Below, in pieces: positions 1 through 11,973 of a stretch of DNA of 64,000 nucleotides. Made by a program: the position numbers and the translations under genes. Numbering within the stretch: the stretch's first letter is position 1; every line of letters begins with the position of its first letter. Source of the stretch: Candidatus Babeliales bacterium (GTDB taxonomy: Bacteria; Babelota; Babeliae; Babelales; JANWKD01); NCBI GenBank assembly GCA_963701665.1, contig OY969622.1, positions 1,216,001 through 1,280,000 on the forward strand. Direction: 5' to 3'. The notes beneath the pieces are model-generated. The model did not search any database and had not been told where the DNA came from. It worked only from the letters and a program-made list of their open reading frames with translations.

Positions 1-74
1 TGGGACAGCAAAGAATATGGAAAAATCTTTATCATACATATTTATTTGCAGATATTTAGTAGAGGGGGAGATTA

Positions 75-2417
75 ATGAAAACGTTATCAATCAAAAACAT
101 CCAAGAAAAAATTCCGGAAATACTCCCAGTCATTCCAACAATGGACGTGGTTGTATTTCCACAAATGATTGTGCCGTTATTAGTGCTTGATGAACGTATC
201 ATTAAAGGCATTCAACAAGCAATTGACGGTTCAAAAATCATTATGTTGTTAGCAGCAAAAAAGCAACTTGATGATTATCAAGGTGCTATAGGCACAAAAG
301 ATCTTTATTCCGTTGGTACGGTGGCTACCATTATGCGCCTTATCAAAATTCCTGAGGGCGGGATAAAAATTTTGGTACAAGGTTTGTGCAAAGCGCATGT
401 GAAAGAGATTTTGACCAGTGATGAATCATTAAATGTTCTCATTGAAGCATTTGATCAAGAAACAAATGCCAATGATCCAGAAGTTGCCGCTCAGATTAAA
501 AATATCAAAGAATTAACAGAAAAAATGAGCACATCAGGACAATCTTTTAGCCCTGACTTTCATCTTATTCTTTCTAAAATGCATGATGCACAAAAAATTG
601 CTGATTTTGTGTTGTCGCACCTTAATCTAACGGTTGAAGATTCACAAAAGCTATTAGAGAAAAAAACAAATTTAGAGTTTCTTGAAGGTATTTATTTATT
701 TTTACAACGAGAACTTGAAGTTGCAGAAGTACAAGAACGCATCAAAAATAGGGCTCGGGAATCTATGAATAAATCCCAAAAAGAGTTTTATTTGCGCGAA
801 CAACTAAAAGCAATTAAAAAAGAACTTGGCGAAGATGATTTAGAAGAAATTGAAGCAATGCGTACCAAAGCTATGCAATTGCAATTGAGCGAAGAAGCAT
901 CAACCGAAGTACATCGCCAAATCAATCGCCTTGAACGTACTGCGCAAGATTCTATGGAAGCCGCCGTTACAAGAAACTATATTGAATGGATGCTTTCCCT
1001 GCCATGGGGTAAAGAAACCGTTGATAATCTTGAAATCAAACACGCAAAAGAAATCCTTGATGAAGATCATTTTGGGTTACATGATATCAAAGATAGAATT
1101 CTTGATTTCATTTCCATAAAAAACTTAAAAGAAGATGGTTATGCACCAATTTTATGCTTTGCCGGCCCTCCAGGTACTGGTAAAACCTCGCTTGGCAAAT
1201 CGATCGCTAAAAGTTTAGGACGAGAGTATTTCCGCGTTTCACTCGGCGGCGTTAAAGATGAAGCAGAAATTCGAGGGCATCGAAGAACATACGTCGGCGC
1301 ATTGCCAGGAAGATTTATCCAAGGTTTTAGAAAAGTTTCTTCATGCAACCCTGTGGTGATTGTTGACGAACTTGATAAAATTGGCGCAGATTTCCGCGGC
1401 GATCCTTCAGCGGCTATGCTTGAAGTGTTTGATCCAAATCAAAACAAATCGTTCTATGATAACTATCTCGGGGTTCCCTTTGATCTTTCTAAAGTAATTT
1501 TCATCGCAACAGCAAATAATCTTGATACTATTTCTGATCCGTTACGCGATCGTATGGAAATTATTCAACTTTCAGGCTACACCCATGAAGAAAAACTGCA
1601 CATCAGCAAATTACATTTAATCAGAAAAGCTGTGCAAGATTGCGGCCTTGAATCATCGAGCATTCATTTATCAGACGATGTTCTTACCGATTTGATTATG
1701 AATTACACGCGCGAAGCAGGCGTACGCCAACTTGAACGTACGATCCGAAAATTATGCTGTAAAGCTGCACGCGCTATCGTAGAATCAAATACCATAGTAT
1801 CGTTCAACCCTAATAACCTCGACACCTTTTTGGGCCCTCGCAAATTCATTGATGATTACACGTTGGAAGAAGCGCAAATTGGTATCACCAATGGCCTTGC
1901 ATGGACAGCATACGGCGGTGAAATTATAAAAATAGAAGCCGTTATTATGCCAGGCAAAGGAAAACTTATTTTAACCGGCCAATTAGGTTCAGTTATGCAA
2001 GAATCTGCACAAGCTGCATTAAGTTATGCGCGTTCACATGCAAAAGGGTTTGGCTTATCAAATAAAATGTTCACGCATTATGATTTACATATTCACGTTC
2101 CTGCAGGCGGCGTACCAAAAGACGGGCCATCCGCTGGCGTTACCATGCTTTCATCGATCCTCTCAGCCTTGACACAACAACCAATAAATGCAAACTATGC
2201 AATGACAGGCGAACTCAACTTGCGCGGAGATGTTATGGCAATTGGTGGCGTTAAAGAAAAACTTCTAGCAGCAAAACGCAACAAACTTCCTAATGTTATT
2301 TTCCCACTTAAAAACAAAAAAGATCTTGTTGGTTTAGAAAGTATCACTCAAGATATTAATGTTATTTGGGTTAATACTGCTGAAGAAGTATTGGAACATG
2401 TACTCATAAAGAATTAA
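75..2417 (+). CDS. lon: ATP-dependent Lon protease
   Basis: Lon N-domain, Walker A GPPGTGKT, IRGHRRTYVGALPG, catalytic PKDGPSAG serine motif. Confidence 0.97.
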   Translation: MKTLSIKNIQEKIPEILPVIPTMDVVVFPQMIVPLLVLDERIIKGIQQAIDGSKIIMLLAAKKQLDDYQGAIGTKDLYSVGTVATIMRLIKIPEGGIKILVQGLCKAHVKEILTSDESLNVLIEAFDQETNANDPEVAAQIKNIKELTEKMSTSGQSFSPDFHLILSKMHDAQKIADFVLSHLNLTVEDSQKLLEKKTNLEFLEGIYLFLQRELEVAEVQERIKNRARESMNKSQKEFYLREQLKAIKKELGEDDLEEIEAMRTKAMQLQLSEEASTEVHRQINRLERTAQDSMEAAVTRNYIEWMLSLPWGKETVDNLEIKHAKEILDEDHFGLHDIKDRILDFISIKNLKEDGYAPILCFAGPPGTGKTSLGKSIAKSLGREYFRVSLGGVKDEAEIRGHRRTYVGALPGRFIQGFRKVSSCNPVVIVDELDKIGADFRGDPSAAMLEVFDPNQNKSFYDNYLGVPFDLSKVIFIATANNLDTISDPLRDRMEIIQLSGYTHEEKLHISKLHLIRKAVQDCGLESSSIHLSDDVLTDLIMNYTREAGVRQLERTIRKLCCKAARAIVESNTIVSFNPNNLDTFLGPRKFIDDYTLEEAQIGITNGLAWTAYGGEIIKIEAVIMPGKGKLILTGQLGSVMQESAQAALSYARSHAKGFGLSNKMFTHYDLHIHVPAGGVPKDGPSAGVTMLSSILSALTQQPINANYAMTGELNLRGDVMAIGGVKEKLLAAKRNKLPNVIFPLKNKKDLVGLESITQDINVIWVNTAEEVLEHVLIKN

Positions 2418-2436
2418 CATGAAAGCTTGATTCATC

Positions 2437-3534
2437 ATGAAAATAGTAACTTTAGGCGGTGCAACACGTGATATTTTCATTCATCAACAACAAGAACAAA
2501 CACTCGCATGGTCAAGCAAAGAAGAAATCCGATCCTTCTTGTTACTCCAAGAAGGAACCAAAATTGAAATTAGTTCAATAGAGTATGCAATAGGTGGTGG
2601 AGCACTCAACTCCGCCACCTCATTCAAACGACTCGGCTTTGAAGTAACTGCCCTATTTAAAGTTGGTAATGATGAACAAGGAAATGCAATTCTTGCTCAG
2701 ATGACGCAAGAAGGCATCACTCTACACCCTTTTGCCCGCTCTTCAGAACCAACGGGAATATCGTATATCATCCCTGCAGCAGATGGTGATAATTGTGTTC
2801 TTGCATTTCGTGGCGCTAATGCACATATTTCCCAGGATGAATTCCCTTTTAAGATACTTGATCAAACTCAATGCCTTTATATAACTTCGTTGAGCGGTAA
2901 ATCTGCGCAATTATTATTGCCGGTTACTCGTTACGCACATGATCGAGGCATCCTTGTTGCTAATAATCCTGGCATCAGTCAACTTTCAGCAGGCATTGAT
3001 GTTCTTAAAAACTCGCTTGCTTATATTGATATATTTATTCTTAATAGCAGCGAAGCACAGCGATTTATGATATCACTCTCGCAAGTAACGCCTCAGGAAA
3101 ATCATTTCTCATTAAAAACAAACATTGCGCACACTGATCTTCCCCCATTATTGCAATCTCCTTTACAGTGCAATAACATGTGCTTTAATTTAATTCAGTA
3201 TTTTAAAACTGTTGAAGACCATGGCCCTCGCATTGTTGTCGTTACCGACGGCGCTCATGGCGTGTATGTGTATTCAAATGATACTATTTACTACCATCCA
3301 AGCTTGCCCGTTAAGGTGGTAAACACTTTGGGTGCGGGTGATGCTTTCGGTTCTTGTTTTGTTGCAAGCGTGGCGCAAAAACAGTCCATTGAACAAGCAA
3401 TGCTTAATGGGTTATTAAATAGCACTTCCGTTATCACTCATCTTGGTGCTCAAACGGGGTTGCTTACTAAAGAACAACTGGCAGCAAAAGCAAAAAAAGT
3501 TGATGTTGCATTACTAAAAAAATTCACCCTTTAA
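2437..3534 (+). CDS. PfkB/ribokinase-family carbohydrate kinase
   Basis: N-terminal GGGALNSA and C-terminal NTLGAGDAF PfkB signatures. Confidence 0.9.
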   Translation: MKIVTLGGATRDIFIHQQQEQTLAWSSKEEIRSFLLLQEGTKIEISSIEYAIGGGALNSATSFKRLGFEVTALFKVGNDEQGNAILAQMTQEGITLHPFARSSEPTGISYIIPAADGDNCVLAFRGANAHISQDEFPFKILDQTQCLYITSLSGKSAQLLLPVTRYAHDRGILVANNPGISQLSAGIDVLKNSLAYIDIFILNSSEAQRFMISLSQVTPQENHFSLKTNIAHTDLPPLLQSPLQCNNMCFNLIQYFKTVEDHGPRIVVVTDGAHGVYVYSNDTIYYHPSLPVKVVNTLGAGDAFGSCFVASVAQKQSIEQAMLNGLLNSTSVITHLGAQTGLLTKEQLAAKAKKVDVALLKKFTL

Positions 3535-5516
3535 GATAATTGATTCAACAATTCTCGCGCTTGCTTAATAATAACCGAATCAAATCCTTCTTGTTGTAAA
3601 ATATCGAGTGCGATATGTTGATGAGAAATGCCTGGCTCAATAGTAAATGGATATTTAATACCCTGCTCATCCAACTTCACCGAAACTTTATAATTTGCAT
3701 AACAATCAGATTCCCGTTCTAAAATTGTCATTTGAGGGTGATGGGTGGCTAGTATGCACATACTATTTTTAAATTGTGCTAAGTAATGGGCAACACTATA
3801 CGCTGCTGCTGAACTTTCTTGTGCTGAGGTGCCGTTAAACATTTCATCGAGTGCAATAAAATTAAAAAGATCGGGTGGGGTATGTTCTGCCAAAAATACC
3901 ATTTCTTGCGCGCGTAATACTTGCGCTTTAAAGAGCGAATTTCCTTGCGCAATATCATCAACGATATTTAAATAAGTAGCCACTTTATAAAATGGCGTGA
4001 AACACATTTCGTGCGCCGCTGCCAATCCGATACTTTGCGCCAAAATAATATTAATAACCATCGCTTTTATCAATGAAGATTTTCCGCCTGCATTTGGGCC
4101 AGTAATAATCATATTGCGGCGTTCAGATCCGCCCAACACAAGAGAATTTGGCACAACCACATCCGCTGCAATTAACGGGTTCCAAAAATCTTTGAACATA
4201 ATGCGCGGCTCAGATGCTTTTTGGTAGTCGGGAAAACAATAATGCACGCGTTCGTGCTCAAATTCTTTATACAAGGTAGCACAGGAAACCGCGGTTTCAA
4301 GATTCCCCAGATTAAGAAGCAACGCGCGGCATTCTTTTTTAAACGAGTGCATCATGCCATAGGCAACAAGCACGCGCCCTCTATGAGCGAGCGTTGAGCC
4401 TTCTTGAGCGAACGTTTTTGAAAATAAAAGCTTGATGACCTTTTTCATCTGCGTACGTTCCATGATGCGCTTTACTTCTTTTTGCAGGTTTTGCGCTTCG
4501 GGACACGCGGCAACAAAATCAGGATTTTCTTTCAAAATAATCATGAGCCGCTGAACAATTTTGAAAAATCGAGCGACAGCACATAGTTTTTTGTGTAAAA
4601 AATCTTCTAATGTTACGCAATCAAATGCCCATTCAAAACTTTCTTTTGTTGTTGTAGCAAGGTATATCGTTGTTGCTGCAATACCCATATTTGAAATCAT
4701 CTGGTTATCAGCACAGGAAAGTACCGATAAAATAGGCCCGCCCTCGCCCTGAAATCGATAACACAGTTGATTTGCATAGTCGGGCAGTTGCGTATGTAAT
4801 GCGCGTGAAATGAGATACACTGGCAACCCTATTGTTGCAAAAAGACCTAGCGATGCTGATAGAAACCTCGTTTGATGTCCACAGAGTGATTTAAATGCGA
4901 GTGCCGTTGGAGAAACATTAAGATATTCTTCTAATGATTTCAAAAATGGAATAACGTAATAGCAGCGTTTACTTGCTTGTAAAAAACCGTCTTGAACCCA
5001 AAATGAAAGCATTAAGTTATCAGTTGCTGAAAGCGGGATAAAAATATCATTTTTGAGCGCTGCATACAGCATGTCATTGTGCAGCAACTCTTTAACAATC
5101 TTCTGGCGCATCATAAGCAGTTGAACGTCATCAGTTGGGTTGTTAAGCATCCCGTATAGTGCCATTTTGCCCCAAATAGTGTCAGTCCGATCCACAAGCT
5201 GTGCAACATACGGATCTTGGATTTTACTACCTGCTAATAAGTTAATATCGCGTCCCGTTATGGCATCATAAAGTACCGTATCTCTATGTTCAAGGCTCAC
5301 AGCGTCGAAAATAAAGGCCGTAGTTTTTCTTTTTTTGATCTCTTGCATGTGAGATTGGTAATCATAACAACGCTTCATATACTCTGAAAAAGATTCATTT
5401 GGCCACTCTTCTTCCTGCCAAATGAGCGTAGAATAGTTCTCTTGAAAGACTTTTTGATAGATATTTTCTGCATGCAATGAAATAACGCATAGGAGTATTA
5501 ATAAACTTTTTTTCAT
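3531..5516 (-). CDS. MutS-family ATPase (domain V only, no mismatch-binding domain) with N-terminal signal-peptide-like segment
   Basis: ITGPNAGGKSS Walker A, SLFKAQV, LDEMFNGTS Walker B, ATHH; N-terminus MKKSLLILLCVISLHA. Confidence 0.85.
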   Translation of the reverse strand: MKKSLLILLCVISLHAENIYQKVFQENYSTLIWQEEEWPNESFSEYMKRCYDYQSHMQEIKKRKTTAFIFDAVSLEHRDTVLYDAITGRDINLLAGSKIQDPYVAQLVDRTDTIWGKMALYGMLNNPTDDVQLLMMRQKIVKELLHNDMLYAALKNDIFIPLSATDNLMLSFWVQDGFLQASKRCYYVIPFLKSLEEYLNVSPTALAFKSLCGHQTRFLSASLGLFATIGLPVYLISRALHTQLPDYANQLCYRFQGEGGPILSVLSCADNQMISNMGIAATTIYLATTTKESFEWAFDCVTLEDFLHKKLCAVARFFKIVQRLMIILKENPDFVAACPEAQNLQKEVKRIMERTQMKKVIKLLFSKTFAQEGSTLAHRGRVLVAYGMMHSFKKECRALLLNLGNLETAVSCATLYKEFEHERVHYCFPDYQKASEPRIMFKDFWNPLIAADVVVPNSLVLGGSERRNMIITGPNAGGKSSLIKAMVINIILAQSIGLAAAHEMCFTPFYKVATYLNIVDDIAQGNSLFKAQVLRAQEMVFLAEHTPPDLFNFIALDEMFNGTSAQESSAAAYSVAHYLAQFKNSMCILATHHPQMTILERESDCYANYKVSVKLDEQGIKYPFTIEPGISHQHIALDILQQEGFDSVIIKQARELLNQLS

Positions 5517-5693
5517 GATGTACGCCTCAAAAAGCCTTTGTTAAACGCAGAAAATTTCGTTGTAAGTATACAAGAAATTATATTTTGCGCACGCGCACAA
5601 CCACACTTCTTTGCATTTTCCTTTCCTCGGCACACGTTGCCGATGTAAACTAGTATAAGAGTGATATTGAGTGATACTAGGAGGAGGTAACTC

Positions 5694-6086
5694 ATGAAAA
5701 TTCTATATGCACTTGTATGCGCATGTTCCATCTTTGGTATTAACGAGGCGATGGAAAGCCAAACAGAACCTGCAACCAAGCCCAGCTCTTCACTCGTATC
5801 TTCGCTAAAATTGCTAGGGGCCTTAGCACTTGAAATAGTGAGTTTTAATCCAGAAAATGTTGATAAAACCACCATTACTCACAGAATTTCACCTAACCTT
5901 ACTATCTATGCTTCCGAAGATATTAATATATGTCGAGATGACTCCTTTTTTATAGTTGAAGAATATACTAAAAAACGAAATAATAAACATGTTTATTATT
6001 TCGATGCAAGCTTGGAAGGAGAGCTTTATTGGCAACAACGCCAATTGCTTACAAAAAAGGGAAAAGTAATCAACCCACTCGTATAA
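5694..6086 (+). CDS. Hypothetical secreted protein
   Basis: AGGAGG RBS, signal peptide followed by AME. Confidence 0.7.
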   Translation: MKILYALVCACSIFGINEAMESQTEPATKPSSSLVSSLKLLGALALEIVSFNPENVDKTTITHRISPNLTIYASEDINICRDDSFFIVEEYTKKRNNKHVYYFDASLEGELYWQQRQLLTKKGKVINPLV

Positions 6087-6168
6087 AACCATAGCAACGC
6101 CCCCCACTATCAACAAAAATTCTTTACAATTCACAACTCTTCAATTAGCATTTAAAAATATAGATTAA

Positions 6169-7647
<1,479 letters not shown>

Positions 7648-7653
7648 TGTACT

Positions 7654-7893
7654 ATGAAGCTCACCTTAGTAAGTACCACTAACAAGCAATCATTTGAAGT
7701 TGCTTGGTTAGAGGTTAATAGTTCTGTCGGTAATTTTGTGATGCAGCGCGGCCACGCGCCTATGATTTTGCTCTTGGCATCACACCAACCAATTAGTTAT
7801 TGTCTCCAGAATGGCAAAGAAGAATCATTACTTATTGAAGGCGGCGGTATTTTACACATCACTCGTCAAGAAGCCACCATTATTTTAACCTAA
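7654..7893 (+). CDS. atpC: ATP synthase epsilon subunit, short form (N-terminal beta-sandwich only)
   Basis: Directly downstream of atpD; GNFVMQRGHAP and IEGGGILHI epsilon-like motifs; 79 aa. Confidence 0.8.
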   Translation: MKLTLVSTTNKQSFEVAWLEVNSSVGNFVMQRGHAPMILLLASHQPISYCLQNGKEESLLIEGGGILHITRQEATIILT

Positions 7894-7896
7894 GAT

Positions 7897-9141
7897 CTAA
7901 TGCTTACGCTTTGATTTAGATTTTTTTCCCTTCTTCTTTGTTGTATTTTTTTTCTTTTGTTTTGGTAATTGCTCTACATGCTTATCATTTTTATTATCAT
8001 GCAAAAGATTAGGCAACATATCGGGCAAACGATTGCCAAATTCAGGGCGATGCAAAATATGGGATTTAAATTCTCCTATTGCCTCAGCTCTTTTTTTGCC
8101 TGGATAATTTTTTAGAATGCGATTTTGTTCTTCAAATATACTTTTATACAAAGAATTATAATCGCGGTGAGCGTTACGAATAATATCGAGAGCTTGTTTT
8201 AATGCCGCAAGAAAATGTTTACTTTCCTCAGTCGTTAAAGTTTTTTGAATATTCTTACCTGGGGTGTCATAATAATTGTTCAATGCATCAATAACAGCAT
8301 AAAGCCAAGGAATTTGAGGCATAACGTCCATCACTATTTCTCGCATTGAACTTTCCTTCAAAAATTCTTCTACCTCCCTGAGGGGACAGCTCTCGTGAAA
8401 AAGTAAAAGAGCTTCTTCAAGAACCACATCTTCTTTAATGTCAAAAAGATCTTTTGGATTTACCAGTTGCAGAGAAAATAAAAAACTTCCTGCGAACGAA
8501 GCAACACGCCTATGCGTTAGATTATTATAAAAGCTGTTTTTTGTTCGTTGTAGAATCTCATGCACTTCGCTATTTTTACTGTTTTCATAGTGAGCAAATA
8601 TCTTCCCAACATGATCTCGATTTTTTTCGGTAAACCGCTCACTCTTTGATAGGCATACTAATTTTATCAGTGCTTCATGTCCTTCAGGTGTATGAATTCG
8701 TTTACTATTCCTATTTTCTTCTGCTCCCATTTTTATATATGTATCATATGACACTCCCAATTTTCGAGCTCCTCCCTCAAGACAATCTTTATCATCATCG
8801 GTAACTTCTGTAGCAAAAAGATAAAAGGGTTCAGATTCTGCTGTTTTTAATGCTTCAGTCTGATATGAAATCAATTCATCCAAAAAAGATAGTGATGCAT
8901 GATGCATATGGGCAAAGCTGCTCAGAAGCTGAAGTTTTCTTAGATAAAGATAATCTTCCTTGCTGCCGGAATATGACAACAATATTGGCAAATCAAATTC
9001 CCCCGCTTTCTTTGCAGGCGTATCTGACCAAGATGGAAGTTCAAAATAATGCTGAACATAGCTCTGTTGTTCTTCTTCCTTTACTTCCATCGCTTGCAAA
9101 TTTATAAAGCAGAAAATAATAATTAAAAATAATTTTTTCAT
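7897..9141 (-). CDS. Hypothetical secreted protein with lysine-rich C-terminal tail
   Basis: Likely start MKKLFLII (9141), signal peptide then AME; ends PKQKKKNTTKKKGKKSKSKRKH. Confidence 0.75.
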   Translation of the reverse strand: MKKLFLIIIFCFINLQAMEVKEEEQQSYVQHYFELPSWSDTPAKKAGEFDLPILLSYSGSKEDYLYLRKLQLLSSFAHMHHASLSFLDELISYQTEALKTAESEPFYLFATEVTDDDKDCLEGGARKLGVSYDTYIKMGAEENRNSKRIHTPEGHEALIKLVCLSKSERFTEKNRDHVGKIFAHYENSKNSEVHEILQRTKNSFYNNLTHRRVASFAGSFLFSLQLVNPKDLFDIKEDVVLEEALLLFHESCPLREVEEFLKESSMREIVMDVMPQIPWLYAVIDALNNYYDTPGKNIQKTLTTEESKHFLAALKQALDIIRNAHRDYNSLYKSIFEEQNRILKNYPGKKRAEAIGEFKSHILHRPEFGNRLPDMLPNLLHDNKNDKHVEQLPKQKKKNTTKKKGKKSKSKRKH

Positions 9142-9199
9142 GTGAATTCTATCCTGCAACAAAAAGTAGAAAAGAGTTTTTTCAAGCTTCTATTAATTG

Positions 9200-10471
9200 T
9201 TATTTAAGCGATCGAGTACGTTCTTTACCTTTCTCATCAGAAAATTTTTCCTGAAGCAGATTATCAGCATTAGCCAGATCTTGTTCATCACGCCCATCAA
9301 GTGGACTTACTATCCTCGTCGAAGAACGGACAGTTAATCGGTTTGAATCCTCTTCTTTATTACCTCTATAACGAGGGCTTTCTATTACTTTTGAAAAACG
9401 AGCGGTTAACCGTTTTGAATTCTCTTCTTCCTCATCTTCACCTGCTTTCCGTTTAAGATAATAGACAAGATCATCAACACCTTCTTCATTATCATCACAT
9501 CGACGGCCCAAATATTCAATACTACTTTTACTATTATTATAAACCTCTTCCAAGTACCTACCATGACCTTCAATGACATCAAGTCTTTTTACTATTTCGA
9601 CAATTTTATCTTCCACAACAGCAACTTTAATGTGTTTTTGTTGTGCGGCAGGAGCAAATGACTTTTCAGGTATTTCCTCACCCTGTGATATCTTTTCAAG
9701 ATTGTTGATTCTCTTGGATAAATTTGCAAACACGTGCAGTGGAACGAGAATATGTTCAGTATTTTTCCCACATTGTAATAGTGATTCAATACGCTGTATT
9801 CTCTCTAATAAACCTTCAAGCCCTTGTCCAATTGTTTCGGCATCTGATTCATCATTATCTTCTTTTAGTTCTTTTATCACTATAGATTGAGTGCCAGGAA
9901 CCGTTTTCTTTATGTTCTTAAATTTCCTCTTTAAAGCAATCAACCAATCTCTCAGTTTTTCTTTTAAATCATCATTGTCTTCATCTTTTTGTTCTAAAAA
10001 TTTTATACGCCTACCATAAACCACCTGCGTAGTCTTATGAGCTTCTTTAAGCGCTTCATGATCACTTTTTAAAAGAATGAACTTTGCATTAAGTATTGCA
10101 TGATTTCCCTTTAAAGCTTCTTGTGCCATCTTTTCTTCTCGCGCTTTTCTTTTATAAAACAAATAGGTGTAGAGACCCCAAATACCAACACCTATAGTTG
10201 CGCAGGCAGTCGAAGGGGATTCATAAACTTTCTGTTGTAACCATTCAAAGTGCTGTTTTGACCATTCATAGACCTTTGTTCTTGTTTCAGGATCATGCCA
10301 GCAATAACCGCCTAATGCGGTAATTCCGGTACATAAAAGTGTCGTAGGATGGATTATATACTCAAAATAGTAGGAACGTTTGTGCTGATCATTATTTGAC
10401 CGCTCATCATTTTCTTCCATAGCTTGCATAGAAATAAAACAGAAAACCACCATTAAAAACAGTTTTTTCAT
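9200..10471 (-). CDS. Hypothetical secreted/membrane coiled-coil protein (paralog of 10509-11915)
   Basis: Likely start MKKLFLMV (10471); HPTT..TGITALGGYCW domain shared with neighbour. Confidence 0.75.
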   Translation of the reverse strand: MKKLFLMVVFCFISMQAMEENDERSNNDQHKRSYYFEYIIHPTTLLCTGITALGGYCWHDPETRTKVYEWSKQHFEWLQQKVYESPSTACATIGVGIWGLYTYLFYKRKAREEKMAQEALKGNHAILNAKFILLKSDHEALKEAHKTTQVVYGRRIKFLEQKDEDNDDLKEKLRDWLIALKRKFKNIKKTVPGTQSIVIKELKEDNDESDAETIGQGLEGLLERIQRIESLLQCGKNTEHILVPLHVFANLSKRINNLEKISQGEEIPEKSFAPAAQQKHIKVAVVEDKIVEIVKRLDVIEGHGRYLEEVYNNSKSSIEYLGRRCDDNEEGVDDLVYYLKRKAGEDEEEENSKRLTARFSKVIESPRYRGNKEEDSNRLTVRSSTRIVSPLDGRDEQDLANADNLLQEKFSDEKGKERTRSLK

Positions 10472-10508
10472 GTGAATTCCATCGTGCAATACAAAAAAAA
10501 GTAACATT

Positions 10509-11915
10509 TTAAACGCGATCACCTGGGAATTTTTTAGCGACAAAATCCCTTATTGCTTTCACATCTTTCTTTATGTTAGGTATATCTTTTTTATAATTGT
10601 CTCTTATTGCAACTAATGCTTCGTCTAGTTCCCCTATATCTTTTACATTAGCCGCGTACTTTTTATTAACCCTTCTATATTTTTTATTAAGCTTATCACG
10701 GTTAAGTTCATAATCTTCTGACCATTTATATATTCGCTCTTGCGCCCCTATTACTTCCTTAATTTGATCAGCTAGTTTATCAATGTTACTTGGCTTAAGC
10801 TCTGCATAAGGGCCAAATGATTTTTCAGTTGTCTCACAGCCTAGTACTATTATTTCAAGATTCCTAAGTCGCATCGCCCAAAGCCGTAGTGTTTCTTCCG
10901 GAAACAAGGAATGTGATATGGGAGGAATATTTGACCTAACACGCAAGCTAAGCGACTTATCAAGATCTTCTTTGATTATCACCGATTGAACACGTCCTTC
11001 ATCGTCAGAACTGCCTTCTCCTGAATAATGCGTATTATCTGATTTTACCATTTTTGCTAATGCTGCAATCTTGAGATTTAAATTGGTCGGGATATCCTGT
11101 TCTTCACCTTTTAATTCTCTTAGCTCTTTTACTTCTTTTATTTTTACGGACACAACGCGCCCCTCATCGTCGGAACTGGCATGCTCTGCCATTTGTTCTA
11201 ATGCTGTAATTTTAACACTTAAGAGGCCGAGAATATCCAACCCTTCACTTTTAAATTTCTCATTTGCTTTATCTTTGTCTTGTAACCATTGTATAGCACT
11301 TTGCATAGCCAACAGAGATTGATCATAGAAGTGATGCTCCTTATCGTTGTCTTGATCTTTTTTTTCTAAAAGCATTAATCGCGCAGCATAAATTGCTTGC
11401 ATAGTGTTATGACCTTCTTTAAGCGCTCCATAATCATCTTTCACAAATAGTGCATAAGCTTCTTCAGATGCTTCATGATTACTTTTCAAATCTTCGTAAT
11501 CTTTTCTTAAAAGGATGGACTCTGTTTTAAGTATTGCATGATCTCTTTTTAAAGCTTCTTGTGCCTTTTTTTCTTCGCGCGCTTTCTTCTTGTTAAACAA
11601 ATAAGTATAGAGTCCCAAAACTCCAAGGCCTGCTGTAACCACCTTTCCAGCAGTAGGTAATGCACAAAATTGGTCTTTTAACCATTCAAATTGCTGCTTT
11701 GACCATTCATATGCTTGTGTTCTCGCTTCAGAATCATACCAGCAATAACCGCCTAAGGCCGTGATTCCCGTCAATAAAACCGTAGTGGGATGGGTAAGGT
11801 ATTCTACATACGAGCGTTTTTGATTTTCATTATCTGAAGCGATAGTGAACTGGGTAAAGAAAACAATAAATATTCCTATTAAGATCTTGATATGCACATT
11901 TTTGAGCATTGTCAT
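10509..11915 (-). CDS. Hypothetical secreted/membrane coiled-coil protein
   Basis: Signal-like N-terminus, two hydrophobic segments, coiled coils, internal repeat SSDDEGRVxSVxIKE. Confidence 0.75.
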   Translation of the reverse strand: MTMLKNVHIKILIGIFIVFFTQFTIASDNENQKRSYVEYLTHPTTVLLTGITALGGYCWYDSEARTQAYEWSKQQFEWLKDQFCALPTAGKVVTAGLGVLGLYTYLFNKKKAREEKKAQEALKRDHAILKTESILLRKDYEDLKSNHEASEEAYALFVKDDYGALKEGHNTMQAIYAARLMLLEKKDQDNDKEHHFYDQSLLAMQSAIQWLQDKDKANEKFKSEGLDILGLLSVKITALEQMAEHASSDDEGRVVSVKIKEVKELRELKGEEQDIPTNLNLKIAALAKMVKSDNTHYSGEGSSDDEGRVQSVIIKEDLDKSLSLRVRSNIPPISHSLFPEETLRLWAMRLRNLEIIVLGCETTEKSFGPYAELKPSNIDKLADQIKEVIGAQERIYKWSEDYELNRDKLNKKYRRVNKKYAANVKDIGELDEALVAIRDNYKKDIPNIKKDVKAIRDFVAKKFPGDRV

Positions 11916-11973
11916 TGGGTTCTTCCTTCATCTTGCAAAATATTATTATGTATTAGAATAGAACTTTTTGGTG

